Below the pieces are notes generated by a model, which had not been told where the DNA came from, ran no database searches, and worked only from the letters and a program-made list of their open reading frames with translations. DNA of 64,000 nucleotides, taken from Emiliania huxleyi CCMP1516. Lineage: Eukaryota. The stretch is from NCBI RefSeq assembly GCF_000372725.1, contig NW_005202176.1:291152-355151 (forward strand), in the 5' to 3' direction. The translations under genes and the position numbers were made by a program. The first letter of the stretch is position 1. Each line of letters opens with the position of its first letter. Of this stretch, positions 1 through 11,364 are shown piece after piece.

Positions 1-833
1 TATACCTGCAAAAGTCCAGGTTTACCCGAAAAATACCTGGACGCGTCCCGACCAACGTATGCCGCGCACGACGCCATATCGCCTTGTCCCAGGGCCAGTG
101 CGCTACTTGCGGCGCGCAACTCCTGCTCAAGTACGCGCACCGTACCATGTGCTGCCGCTATGCGTGCCTTAAGGCGGCTGCGGCGAAGCGGCGGGCGCGG
201 CATGCCGATGGCAGTGCGGACGATGCGGTTGCGATGTGTTCTGCTTCAAGATCGTGGCGGTGCTTGGCATGCACTTGTGCGATCCCAATCAGCTCATCGC
301 AACGCGAAGCAGCGCAACAAGCTGGCTGCTGCCAACAAGGCCCTATGCTAGATCTACCTCACGCGCGGATCGTTCAAAGAGGACCAGCATACACAGGCTT
401 CTCTGACATGCGTTTGTTTGAGCTTGAGGCTATTTATGTGAGAAATGTTTGGCTAGAGATTGCGCTCAAGAAGAGCAACGAGAATCGGAAGAGGAGGATG
501 CTGAGGCGGCGATTGCTGAGGCATGAGGAGGATCGATCCGGATTAGAAGGCGCCCGCCGCAGGCGAAGAAAATTTGGGGGCTAGCGCCGTATCGTTGATC
601 ACGGTGGGAGCCTCTTGGCCCCAGGCTGTGCCACGGCCGACTTAGCCGATGTAAGAGGCTCTCGCTGATCTTAGACCGCGTAAGCACCCCAGCGTGACTA
701 GTCACACTTAGACCCGCTCAGCCTCGAGGCTCAGAACTTAGACTACTACCCAACCAGTGCCTAGTGTGACGCCCAGCGAGGGGCGTGCCTCTCCATGACC
801 GTACCGCCCACGCACCCGACGGTGCGTGGAGCA

Positions 834-2492
834 CTATAGCCCCCCTTCTAGCGGAGTGCACCCGTAGTGGCCGCGGCCCTCTCGCACTCCAAAGCGCAGG
901 TAGTGTCTTCTGAGAGCGACGACCTGGCAGATTCCGCCCGGGCAAAATTTCGCACGGAGATCCGCGTTGCGTGCAGCGTAGCACGTCGCGGCCTCCCGTT
1001 GGCGTTTCCGGCGGGCCTCCTGCTCGACCGGAGCTTCGGAGCAGCCGTAGGAGCGGTTCTCTCTCCGCCCGCTGTCCAGGTAATGACGATGGAGTGCGTC
1101 GCTCTTTCCGTCGCAGTCGCCGGACCCGCACAAAAGAGCGCGGACGTCCGCGTAGCGCGCGGCGTAGCACGCCGCGGCCGCGTCGCGCATTTCCTCGTGC
1201 AGGATCGCGAGGGCCTCGACCGGTGTTTGGCCGCACCCGAAGAAGCGACCCTCGCTTTGCCCGCGGCTCCGGTAGTGGCGATGGAGCGCGGCGGCCTTCC
1301 CGTCGCAGCCGCTTGCGCCGCACGCGAGCGCGCGGGCGTCCTCGTAGCGCGCCGCGTAGCACGCCGCGGCCGCCTCGATCGCTCTCGCGGTCGCCGACGG
1401 ATCTGATGGCTGCACACTCCGTCGGCACGCCTGGTGGCTGTGGAAGACGCCGTGGGATTGGGCTCGGCAGAGGTTTGGTTGAGATCCGGCCGCCCAGAGC
1501 GTCGCACCGCCGCTCCGGGTCGCGGCGTCCAGGGCGAGCGTGGTCCGCGCCTCGGCGATGTCCCGGACGAATTCCGGCCTGGACGAGCGGCCGCCCCGCC
1601 AGCCGCTGTGGTTGATCGCGTCGACCCGCGCGGCGAGCACGTCCGTGTTCAAGAAGTACTCCGTCGGGATCGACGACCACTTAGGGTACGAATTGGGGAG
1701 CCTGCACACCCACGCGACGAGGCTCGAGCGGGCGTCGGCCATGCGCGCCGCGAGCGGGGCGGGGTCCAGGAATAACACGTCGGGGTTCGCCCGTACGACC
1801 CACTCGTAGCCGCCCAGCCACGCCTCGCGCGCCGCGACCAGCAGGGGCGCGATCGCGCCCGCCTGGTGGCCCGGGTTCCACCGCGTCCACGCGAGGCTCA
1901 CGTTCCGGTTCGGCAGGCGCCGCAACGCGTCGACCCACGGGGACGCGCGGGGTTCGGCGATCTGCGTTTCGCCGTCGCCGGGAGCCTTGAACCTGGTCCG
2001 GTCGGACGCGAGGCAGCCCACGTAGAGGAGGACGTCCGCCGCGGCGAGGAGCCGCGTGGCGCCGAGCGCGCGCGGCCAGCAGGACTGGAGGTAGACGAGG
2101 TGGCACTTCGCGCACGCGGTCGTCAGGAAGACGAGGACCGTCGCCGGCGGCGCCGAGGCGGCGTCGCCCTTGACGTCGCGGAAGACGGCGAGCGCGCCCG
2201 GCGCGAAGTCCGCGGCGCCCGCCCCGTACGCGTTCACGTCCATCGTCACGGCGGGGGCGGCATCCGCCGCGGCGGCGATCCCGCGGGCGGACGAGGCGTC
2301 CCCGCCAGGCGGGATGTGCTCCGAATAATTGCAGATGTAGTTCTTGGAGACGCTCATCGTTTGCGGGCCTCGAATCGCGCCGGAGAGGTGCTGCCATCGC
2401 TGGCCGCCCGGGGCCGTCTTCTCCACGCTCATGGCGGGCGCGTTCGGCGCGTCCGGCGCGCGCGCGGCTGAGTGGGACGCGAGCGCTGACAT
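834..2492 (-). CDS. Putative glycosyltransferase-like protein with three C-terminal Cys-bracketed YxxxYxD...HY...G..EGR repeats
   Basis: 552 aa intronless ORF with strong GC3 bias; YEWVVRANPDV motif; three ~45 aa repeats (CYAARYEDAR...LHRHYRSRGQSEGRFFGC and variants). Confidence 0.6.
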   Translation of the reverse strand: MSALASHSAARAPDAPNAPAMSVEKTAPGGQRWQHLSGAIRGPQTMSVSKNYICNYSEHIPPGGDASSARGIAAAADAAPAVTMDVNAYGAGAADFAPGALAVFRDVKGDAASAPPATVLVFLTTACAKCHLVYLQSCWPRALGATRLLAAADVLLYVGCLASDRTRFKAPGDGETQIAEPRASPWVDALRRLPNRNVSLAWTRWNPGHQAGAIAPLLVAAREAWLGGYEWVVRANPDVLFLDPAPLAARMADARSSLVAWVCRLPNSYPKWSSIPTEYFLNTDVLAARVDAINHSGWRGGRSSRPEFVRDIAEARTTLALDAATRSGGATLWAAGSQPNLCRAQSHGVFHSHQACRRSVQPSDPSATARAIEAAAACYAARYEDARALACGASGCDGKAAALHRHYRSRGQSEGRFFGCGQTPVEALAILHEEMRDAAAACYAARYADVRALLCGSGDCDGKSDALHRHYLDSGRRENRSYGCSEAPVEQEARRKRQREAATCYAARNADLRAKFCPGGICQVVALRRHYLRFGVREGRGHYGCTPLEGGL

Positions 2493-3610
2493 GCCACCTT
2501 CAAAGCTCTCTATCTCCGCGAGATCGGGTCCCCACTCCGCCGCCGTTCACGGTCGAGAGCGTAGTGCATGTGCGTAATGCGTCGGTCATAGGCCCACCCA
2601 GCCCCGATTTACGATCCCACTGCGTAAGACGTGTGCGTAATACACCGTGCGTAGCGCCCCGAGAGAGCCTCTCTGGCAAAGCTTACATAATACGGATGCG
2701 TGGTGCGTGGTGCGTAGCGGCCAGAAGGTCGGTGGTAACGATCGGTGCAGAAGGCGTGCGCATAATACGCAGCACATTTGAAATCACCGATCGCGCTTTC
2801 TGTCTGCACGCGTAAAGCGAGGCGTATGCGTGACGCATCACTGAGCCGCCACCCGGCTTGACACGGCACCAAAATACACGACAGCTCATGGTATCAGCGA
2901 CGTCCTACGGACCGTGGGCATGGATGTGCATAAGGTGGCCAACAATTGCATTAGTGGCTCTTACATATCCATAGCGGGACTGACAACCTCCCAGCGTGTG
3001 TGGTGCCGGGCGCTCGAAGCGTATAGAATAGCGCCTTAGTCAATGCTCGCTGCTTCCGCCCCCTCCCCGCCCTCCCTGGTCAGCGCCGTTCGTGGAGGGC
3101 TAGGCGCTCCGGCCTCCGCCCGGGGCTCTCGCCTCTGTCTGCCGAGAGGGGGCTACCCTCTGAGGTCAACGCCCTCTGTGCCGCGCCAAGACAGACCCTC
3201 GGCCGGGGACCCTCTGAGGCCAAAATCAGCCAAGAGAGGCCACAGAGGCGGCACAGAGTCAGAGTCAAACCCTCTGTGCCGCCAAGCAAGCCAGGGGTCC
3301 GACCCATCCTCAGAGGGGTTCTGAGGCCTCAGAGCGTCTACAACCCCCTAGAGCCTAGTTATACATCACGCAAAGAAAAAATAAAGGAGCTGCGTGGCGG
3401 TGCCGGCCATTTCGCTTGTCCGTTTTCTTTCTCTCTCGCGTAAAATTCTTTCTCTCTTCTCTCAGGGCCCGTTGCCACCTGGCGAGTAGAGGCCCCGGCC
3501 ACCCAGGGTACCCTCCCCGAGCACCCTTTCTTTCAGCGTTGCCACGTTTCCCGCTCCATCGAAGCTTGGAGTTGCTTCCAGAAGGCGTCAGACCACGCGA
3601 CCAAGAGAGC

Positions 3611-4542
3611 ATGTCCTTTGCGCTCTCCCTCGGCCCGCTCGCGCTCGGCTTCCACGCGCCGATGTCGGCGCCGGCGTCGCGCGCCGCCGTCAGCATGCAG
3701 GCCTTCGGCGTCATGCCCCCGCAGCAGGCCATGGGCAGCCAAGGCGCACGCGCCCGCAATGCGCCCATCTGCCGCGCGCCGGCCTGCATATCTAAGCCCG
3801 GACGCTGTTCCCAGGTCTCGAGCAGCCCATGACCTCCTCGATGCAGAACGCCGGCGGCCCCCTCGACTCCTCGATCCTCGTCCAGGGCGGCTCGCTGCGC
3901 ACCTGGTCGTACCGCTCGCCGTCGGTCGAGCAGGTCCAAGTGGTCCTCAGCACCGAGGGCCGGCCGCTCGACGCGGACATCGAGCTGTGGCAGGGCCCCG
4001 ACAACACCCCGTGCAAGATGCGCGTCTACGTCGAGAACGGCCAGCTCCGCCCCTTCAGCGCCGTCGTCGAGACGCCCCGCGGCCCCAACACGATCGCCAT
4101 CCGCAACATCGGCCAGATCGAGTTCCCCCTCGCCGCCAACGTGGTCGCCGAGAATGTGGACGTCCCGTCGGCCGAATGCCTCGACACGCGCATGACCATC
4201 CAGGGCGGCGCCCTCCGCACCTATCCCTTCGACCCCTCGGTCGACAGCGTCCAGGTCCTGCTCAAGACGGACGGACGGCCGCTCAACGCGCGGATCGAGC
4301 TGCTCCAGGGCCCCAACAACAACAAGCAGGTGATCGAGCTGTACACGGAGGATGGCCTCGACCGGCCCTTCTTCTGCATCCTCGAGACGCCCGGCTCGGG
4401 CAACGTCGTCCGCGTCGTCAACACCGCCCCCGTCGAGTTCCCCATGACGGCCAGCGTCGTGCCCAACTCTATCAACCAGGCGCTCGACTCGACCGCCGTG
4501 CTCGGCGGCGACGTCGTGCTCGGCGGCGACTCCGGCTGGTAA
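3611..4542 (+). CDS. Conserved-looking algal protein of unknown function with two tandem ~90 aa domains; probable plastid-targeting presequence
   Basis: Exon 1 3611-3743 (MSFALSLGPLALGFHAPMSAPASRAAVSMQA), GC-AG intron 3744-3814, joins in frame to ORF 3829-4542. Internal duplication VQGGSLRTW...TEGRPLDADIELWQGP / IQGGALRTY...TDGRPLNARIELLQGP. Confidence 0.85.
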
Positions 4543-5196
4543 GGGAGGCGCGTGCGGTGCCCGTCCCGGCGCCCTCCGCACGGGGCGGGGGGCGACGTAC
4601 AGCTCTGTAGCAAAGTGGAGTCCTCGAGGTAGAAGAGACTATAGAGTCTCGCCGGGCTCAAGTGCGCGTGCGGGAGAGTGTGGTGCGTGGCCATGGCGTC
4701 AAGGCGTGCGATGGTGGGTGCGCGTCAGCCCGCGGATGGCCTCGCAAAGCGAGCGTGGGTCTAGTTAGTCAGTTGTCACGAGTGAGACATGAAAGCACAT
4801 CTCTCATCGCGTCGGCCGCGCGCGCGCGGCGCACCCACACACACGCGAGGCCCCTGCTCTGCCCTCTCCTGGATCTCGCGACGCGAACACACTCCGCGGA
4901 ACTCGAGAGAGTAAAGAGTTAGAGAGACCGCGCGAGCGGCGTGGACCATAGATCCACGCACAGTCGCAGAGAGACATCTCCTCTCCCCGCACCGGCAGCC
5001 CGGTCAGTAGAGAACTAGGAATGGCGCGGCAAGAGAAAAAGAAACTGCACCCATCCCTACCTTGGTTGGTGCCCAAAAGAAATAAATTGAACGGCGTCAG
5101 CTAGAGAAAAAAGAAAGTACACCGCGGCGTCTGAGTACAATAACTGGGAACCAACCTGTGGCTGTGACCGACCTGTGGCGCTCTGAAAACGCGCGG

Positions 5197-6555
5197 ATGC
5201 CTCGCTTCGTGTCGCGCTTTCTGGCCCTCCTCGCTCTCGTGGCCACCGCTCGCGGCGCGTGCTGCGGGCCCGGACAGTTCTGCGGAGGCGACGGCAAAAC
5301 GTGCTACGAGAACACGGCCGCGAATCTGCTCGTGCAGGGCTGCGGCGTCCTCTCGTGCTGCTCGTGCCAGACGTCCTCCATCGTGACCCCGAAAGGGCTC
5401 TGCACGTATCAGTACTGCAGCGGCGGCAGCGCCTTCGCCCTTCAGGTCACCGAGATCTCGGGCGGCGTTCGGATCACTGACCGCGAGCGCAAGAGCATCG
5501 TGAGCTGTTCGAGTCGGGTCGCCCCAAACTTCACGGCGGCGTGCGAGGAGATTCACCAGCCCGGTCTCGACCTGATCACAGTCGGCTACGACACGATGTG
5601 CGACCCTCGATGGAACAGCCTCTACTGCGAGTGAGTTGCGCGCGCGGCCGAGAGCGACTCCTTGCTCTCCCCTCCCCCCCCTCTCCCCTCTCCTGTCATC
5701 CACCCGCCATAATTGTCGAGTGAGCCGTACCGTTCGTCTTGTAGGACCGTCCCCTACTTCATCCCCTTCGTGAAGACACGCACCATACCGCTGCCGCCGC
5801 CGCCGCCGCCCTCACCGAGTCCACCGAGCCCACCTATACTGCCGCCGCCGCCGTCGCCGCCGCCGTCGCCGCCGCCCTTGCCGCCGCCGCCGTCGCCTCC
5901 ACCGCCTCCACCGCCCCCGCCGCCCTTGCCGCCGCCGCCCTCGCCCCCGCCGCCCTCGCCGCCGCCCTCGCCGCCGCCGCCCTCGCCGCCGCCGCCCTCG
6001 CCGCCGCCGCCCTCGCCCTCGCCGCCGCCCTCGTCCCCGCCGCCGCCCTCGCCCCCGCCGCCCTCGCCGCCGCCACCAGCCTCTCCGCCGCCCGACCTCA
6101 GCGCTACTGTTTCCGCGGTCGCCCTCGCCGCACTCGGCGAGGCGCCCTGGCCAGCTCGCGGGCCTACCTTCGCGGCTGCGGCGCTGCTCGTGCTCGCCGG
6201 CGCAGCGCTGCTCGCCGCGGCCGGCTACTTTGGCGGCTTCCTCTTCGGCCGCATGAGGACGGGTCGGGCGGCGCGCCAGGGCGTGCGGCTGGAAGACGGG
6301 CCGGCGCCAGAGTCGCCAGGCTCGGCAGAAAGACCGCACCCACGCGCCAGTTCGTACTCCCGCCTCGCGCCACTGTCGTCTCAAGTGTCGCCTCCAGCGT
6401 CGCCCGTGGTCAGGACCCGCTCTCTCTCTTTCGGGAATGACCCGCTCATCGACCGGCTCGAGAAGATCGCCAAACTGAAGCGGCTGCTGGACGCGGACGC
6501 GATCACAAAGGACGAGTTTGAGAAGTGCAAGGCGGAGCTCATGCAGCGGCTGTAG
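5197..6555 (+). CDS. Type I membrane protein: signal peptide, Cys-rich domain, SPPPP extensin-like stalk, TM helix, C-terminal SHOCT domain
   Basis: Exon 1 5197-5630, GT-AG intron 5631-5744 restores frame (YCE-TVPYF). C-terminus LEKIAKLKRLLDADAITKDEFEKCKAELM matches the SHOCT pattern. Confidence 0.8.
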
Positions 6556-6918
6556 GATTCTCCCAGAGGGGGTGTATTGATTGAGGAGCGGCTGAAGGAC
6601 AGTGTGTGCCGGGGTGGACGTCTCTCTCGTCTGTGCTCTCACTGCTGCGTGCTGATAGCGCCGGATGGCGATGCGCCACAGTCTGCACTGTGTGTGAGTC
6701 ACTCTCTCTTTTCTTACTGTGGGGCTGGGGGCAGCCTCGGGGTCGGCCCGGGCGTGTCGTTTTTGGATTTTGCCTTTTTGGATTTTGGCCTTTACGAAGT
6801 AACGAAAACACAAAACCGTGTTACGACTGTTATTGTATCACTCACTCACCGTCATCCTCTCGCTCTCCAGTCTTCCTTACTCTCACCGTACCGTACACCG
6901 AGAGACGGGGACTTCCCA

Positions 6919-9235
6919 CTACCCGTCGATGACGGCCGCCTGCGCGTGGAGCTGCTTCGCGACGAGGGAGGCGTAGATGCCGTCTCTCTCGAGGAGGGCT
7001 GCGTGCGGCCCGACCTCGGCCACGGCGCCGCGGTCGAGCACGACGATCTGCGCGGCGTTAACGACGGTCGAGAGGCGGTGCGCGACGAGGACGACCGTCT
7101 TTCCGCCGTCGGCGTTTCCCCAGATCAGGTCGTCGAGCGCGCGCTGGACGAGCGACTCCGACTCGGCGTCGAGCGCCGAAGTGGCCTCGTCGAGCAAGAG
7201 GAGCCGAGGCTTGCGCAGCAGGCAGCGGGCGATGGCGAGCCGCTGCCGCTGGCCTCCAGAGAGGCGCTGTCCACGCTCGCCAACCTGCAGGGAGATATGG
7301 GGAGATATGGGGAGATATGGGGAGATATGGGCGCTGTCCGCAAGCTGGGCGAGGCACGAGACGAGAGCGGTGAGGCGGCGCAGGCAGGCGTGGGAGAGAG
7401 AGGTGAGAGAGAGAGGTGGCGCGAGGGCAGGCGCGGAGGGCTGGCCTTGGTCAGGTAGCCGTCCTCGAACGAGTCAATGAAGCCATGCGCCTGCGATCCA
7501 TTGACACTCTAACGAGCCGATGAAGCCCTGCGCGATGGCGAGATACAGCCGAGAGGGAGCCGAGATAGAAGCCGAGACAGCCATGCGCCGCCCGCGCGGC
7601 GAGAATGAATGACGAGGATGCGCAGCGGTACGTATCAATCACTCCGTGGTCCGGGGCGCGGGGGGGGGGGGGGGGGCGTGCGCCTGCGCGGCGATGGCGG
7701 CCTCGCGCAGCTCCTCCTCCGTGTGTGGCGGCGCGCCGTAGGCGATGTTCTCCGCGATGGACGAGTTGAAGAGCTGGGTGTCCTGAGATATGGGGAGATA
7801 TGGGGAGATATGGGGAGATATGGACGAGTTGAAGAGCTGGGTGTCCTGTGCGTCCAGACGAGCGGCGGTCAAAGACTGTGTTTGATCGTACAAGCGAGTG
7901 AGTCGAAGAGCTGCGAGTCCTGCGAGACGACGCCGGTGGCCGCATGCAGCGACGGCAGGTCGAGGTCGCGATAGTCGGCGCCGCCGAGGCGGATGGCGCC
8001 AGAGAGCGGGTCGTAGTAACGAAGCAGCAGGTGCACAAGAGTCGACTTGCCGCCGCCGCTCCGGCCGACCAGCGCGCAGACCGAGCCGGCCGGGACGGAG
8101 AAAGAGACGCCCTCGAGCACGGGGTTGCCGGGCCGCATCTGGTAGCGGAAGGCAACCTCCGAGATCTCGATCGTCCAGTCGCGGAGCGAGGAGACGCGCT
8201 TGCCGCCCGCCTACCGCACCACCCACGGACCTGAACCCAAGCTGGGTTCGGTACCCTGGAGGTATGGTACTAGGCGCGCCGGAGGGATGTCGGGCTCAAG
8301 GTCGACGAGGGCGAGGACGCGCTCGGCGGCGCCGGCGGCGCGCGTGAACGAGTTGAGCAGCCCGTTGAGCGCCTGCGGGGTGTGTGTGCGTCGCGGGCGC
8401 GTGGTGGGCTCGTGGTGGGCTCGTGGGCGTGAGAGAGTCTGAGCGGCCCGGCGCCTGCCACGCCGAGTTGATCATGTTCCAGTACCTGGCGGAGGAGGGG
8501 GGGGCCTCGGGCCCGTGAGGGGCGCGCGCGAGATTACCCCGAGACTACCCGAGACTACCCGAGATGAGGGGCGTGCACGAGCCGCTTGAGCAGCCACGAC
8601 TCGACGTTGATCAGCAGCACCGCCACGCCAAAGAGCACGCCTTGCGCAGTGAGCACGTGCGCGTCCCTCTCCCACTCCCCGCGGAAGGAGATGCACTTGA
8701 CTCCGACGTACACCTGCGCCGCCGTCGAGACGCCGAAGATGGCCGCCACCAAAAGGCCCTTCCGCACCTCCGCCGCCTCTTTGAGCGCGTGCGAGCGGAG
8801 GTGCTCCGCCTTGACCGCGTGGGTCGGCTGCGCAGCGCCGTTGCCGCCGCTCTCGGGTGGCACCACCTCGCAGACGCTGCCGCCGCCGCTTCCGTTCAGC
8901 AACAGGGGCGCCAAGCCATCGACCTCGGCTGGCGCCGCCGTCAAGTTTGGCGTGCCGCACCGAACGGCGGCAACGCCGAGAGTGGCGACCAGCAGCGTAC
9001 GGAGGATGAGCAGGAGGAAGAGATCGAGTGTATCGTCACGAAAGTCACCAAGCTGAGCCCACGACCAGGCTGGCGGCGACTTGCTCCTGATGATGATGGA
9101 CGGCGCCAGCCGTAGCAACAGCGTGCCCACGACATCCAGGACGAGAAGAGCGAGAAGCGCAGCGAGGAAGAGTCGGACGACACGGCCGCGCTTGCGTGTG
9201 AGGAGAAGCACGTCGAACTGTTCAGTGAAGCCCAT
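6919..9235 (-). pseudogene. ABCB-type half transporter lacking most of the core transmembrane domain
   Basis: Walker [11 protein letters not shown]-loop VSQD, signature LSGGQRQR, Walker [14 protein letters not shown]-loop AHRLST over several exons. N-terminal hydrophobic exon 9235-~8580 is followed almost directly by the end of the TMD (YWNMINSAWQ, FTRAAGAAERV). Confidence 0.7.
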
Positions 9236-9643
9236 CAGCCGCGCGCCTCGGAGCGACCAAGTCGCGAGGCAGGATATAACGCGAGCCAGTGGATCCCTAG
9301 AGTTTTTCACACGCGTATCTCGCATTTACTTGATATCCCGGCGCGTCCCGATAAACCGAAACTACGTACGAGTAGAGTTTGCAAATCACGGTCGCGGCCT
9401 TCCGCTTCCGACTCGCGCCTTCGCTTCACGGGCACTATTGTAAAAAATGGCCGGTGCGCGTGTGGAGTTGAGAAGTTCCGGAGTAAAAATTCGAACGCGT
9501 TCTCTCACGGTGACCAAAAATGTCCACCTCAGAGGCACCTCCGGAGGCAGGCCGCCGCACAGCTCCAGCTGTCGAACTGACCCGCAGCTCCTCTCAGAGC
9601 GGGAACTATGACGAAAGTTGATTGAGGCGGTTGTCAGGAATCA

Positions 9644-11364
9644 TCATACGGATCGCATGGTGGCTCTCTCGCCGTCGGGGCTGCCCTCCTCCTCGGCGGC
9701 CAGCGGCGGCGCGTGGCGGAAGCGCTCGTTCCACGCCGTCGCGTTGGCATTGACCTTCAGCCGGAGCGCGTCCGGGAACATAAGGAGCGGCCAGCAGCCG
9801 GTGCGCGTGTAGACCCTCCTCATGATCTCGGGCTTCAGCGTGCCTTGTCTCGAGCTCTTGTCTACATGATGTATGATGTAGGCGAGGCATCGGTCGCGGT
9901 CGAGAATCCCACTGCTGCTCGTGCGGAAATTATAGCCGCGCGGTAGCTCGTAGACCGGGTGTCGCTTGAAGTACGCGTGCCACACCGCCTGATCGCTACC
10001 ATCGACAGCGGCGTCGGCCGGCAATGAGCGCATCGCCTCGAGCATCTCAGCCGCCGCCTCTCGCGACGGCCGCAAAACCATCATTCCGCTGTTGATCCCG
10101 CCTTGCGGCTGCAGAGCGTCCGGAGAGTGGAAGACGGCGGCGGGCGCCTCTACAGAGGCAAGGTGGTCGACATTCCGGAGCACCTGGCAGTCGTTATCGA
10201 GGAAGATGACCTTGTCAAACTGCACGAGCATTCCGGAGCACCTGGCAGTCGTTATCGAGGAAGATGACCTTGTCAAACTGCACGAGGCTGACCACCTGTA
10301 GCTTCAAAGGTGCCCGCGAATATCTTGCGCGCCCAGGCCGGCGGCGCCAGCGGCGCGACGGGCAGCATCCGCGCTTTGAGCGCCTGAAGCCGCTCCTCAA
10401 ACTCCGCGTAGCGCGTGGTGACGAGCGTGTGCACGGGCAGCGTGGTGGCCGTGAGGAGGAGCGAGTGGAGCAGGTCCACGAGCGAGCGGAACTGGTGCAG
10501 GTAGCGCCTAAAATCGCCGGGCATGTCTGGGTTCGGCGTGTAGCTGAGCACTGTCAGGATTGTCACGCGACCGCTGTCCGCGTTGGCGGGCCTCTCGATA
10601 ATCGCTGAATCCAAGGTTCGCCCGCAGAGCGACGACGCTCGGCACTGGAGCGGAGCCCAGTCGGCCGCCGGTCGCTGGAAGCACCCCGACTCGGAACATG
10701 GGCACGCCGAAGCAGGGAATGCATCATTTCGCGGCATACATCGTGTTGCATAGTTGGATCGGTAGTTGGGGTCGCACGAACAGGCGATCTTCGTCGTCCC
10801 TAGCGTAGGACGGCCACAAACAGTCCGGGTCGCGTTGGCACCACACGAAAATATGCCGTGGCAGCCGGCACTAACCCACATTACGTCGGCGTGCCCAGGC
10901 ACGCAACCGTAGTTCTGCGGCACGCCGTCAGCATGCCGTACGCGGCAAACCTGGGCAGCCGAGAGGTCGTTGCGCAGGCGCACCGCACACGTGTGGGCGA
11001 TGCGTGTGCGGTGCGCCTTGTATGTGGGCGGCAAGTGGGCAAGACTGTACGAGCAGTTGTATGCTGGACGACCTGGCGGGTAGCCACAGTGTACCGTATT
11101 CGACGCACAGCGAAATTTGCCTCGGCAGTTTGCGACCCACATGCTGTCGCTTGCAGCGTCACACCCGAAGCTGCGTCCCAGCTGACATGGCGCGAAGCTT
11201 GTCTGCCTCACGAGCTCGCACTGGGCGTCGTGCGACGCCCTGCGTGGACGCGCGGCTCGGTGAAGGCCGTCGCGCCGTCGAAGGTCCGGCGGCGGTGGCG
11301 GAAGCGTACACTCGATACAGCCATGCGCATGTGGGGGGCCAGTTCCCGAGACGGGCATGCGCAT
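9644..11364 (-). pseudogene. GT8 (glycogenin-like) glycosyltransferase with N-terminal Cys-rich DUF3011-like repeats; frameshifted as assembled
   Basis: KLQVVSLVQFDKVIFLDND, INSGMMVLRPS, DGSDQ and LPRGYNF motifs; frameshift near 10305 and 58 bp tandem duplication 10171-10286; start uncertain. Confidence 0.7.

Noticed and set aside
84..584. 166 aa ORF
   Set aside because: TTG start, no motif, no codon bias.
2889..2900. LTR primer-binding site (TGGTATCAG)
   Set aside because: Only 9 nt match to the tRNA-iMet complement; no LTR pair or gag downstream.
3355..4581. Long antisense and alternate-frame ORFs (also 25428-27614, 44899-46206, 58477-59880)
   Set aside because: Shadow ORFs expected from high GC3 on the opposite strand of real genes.
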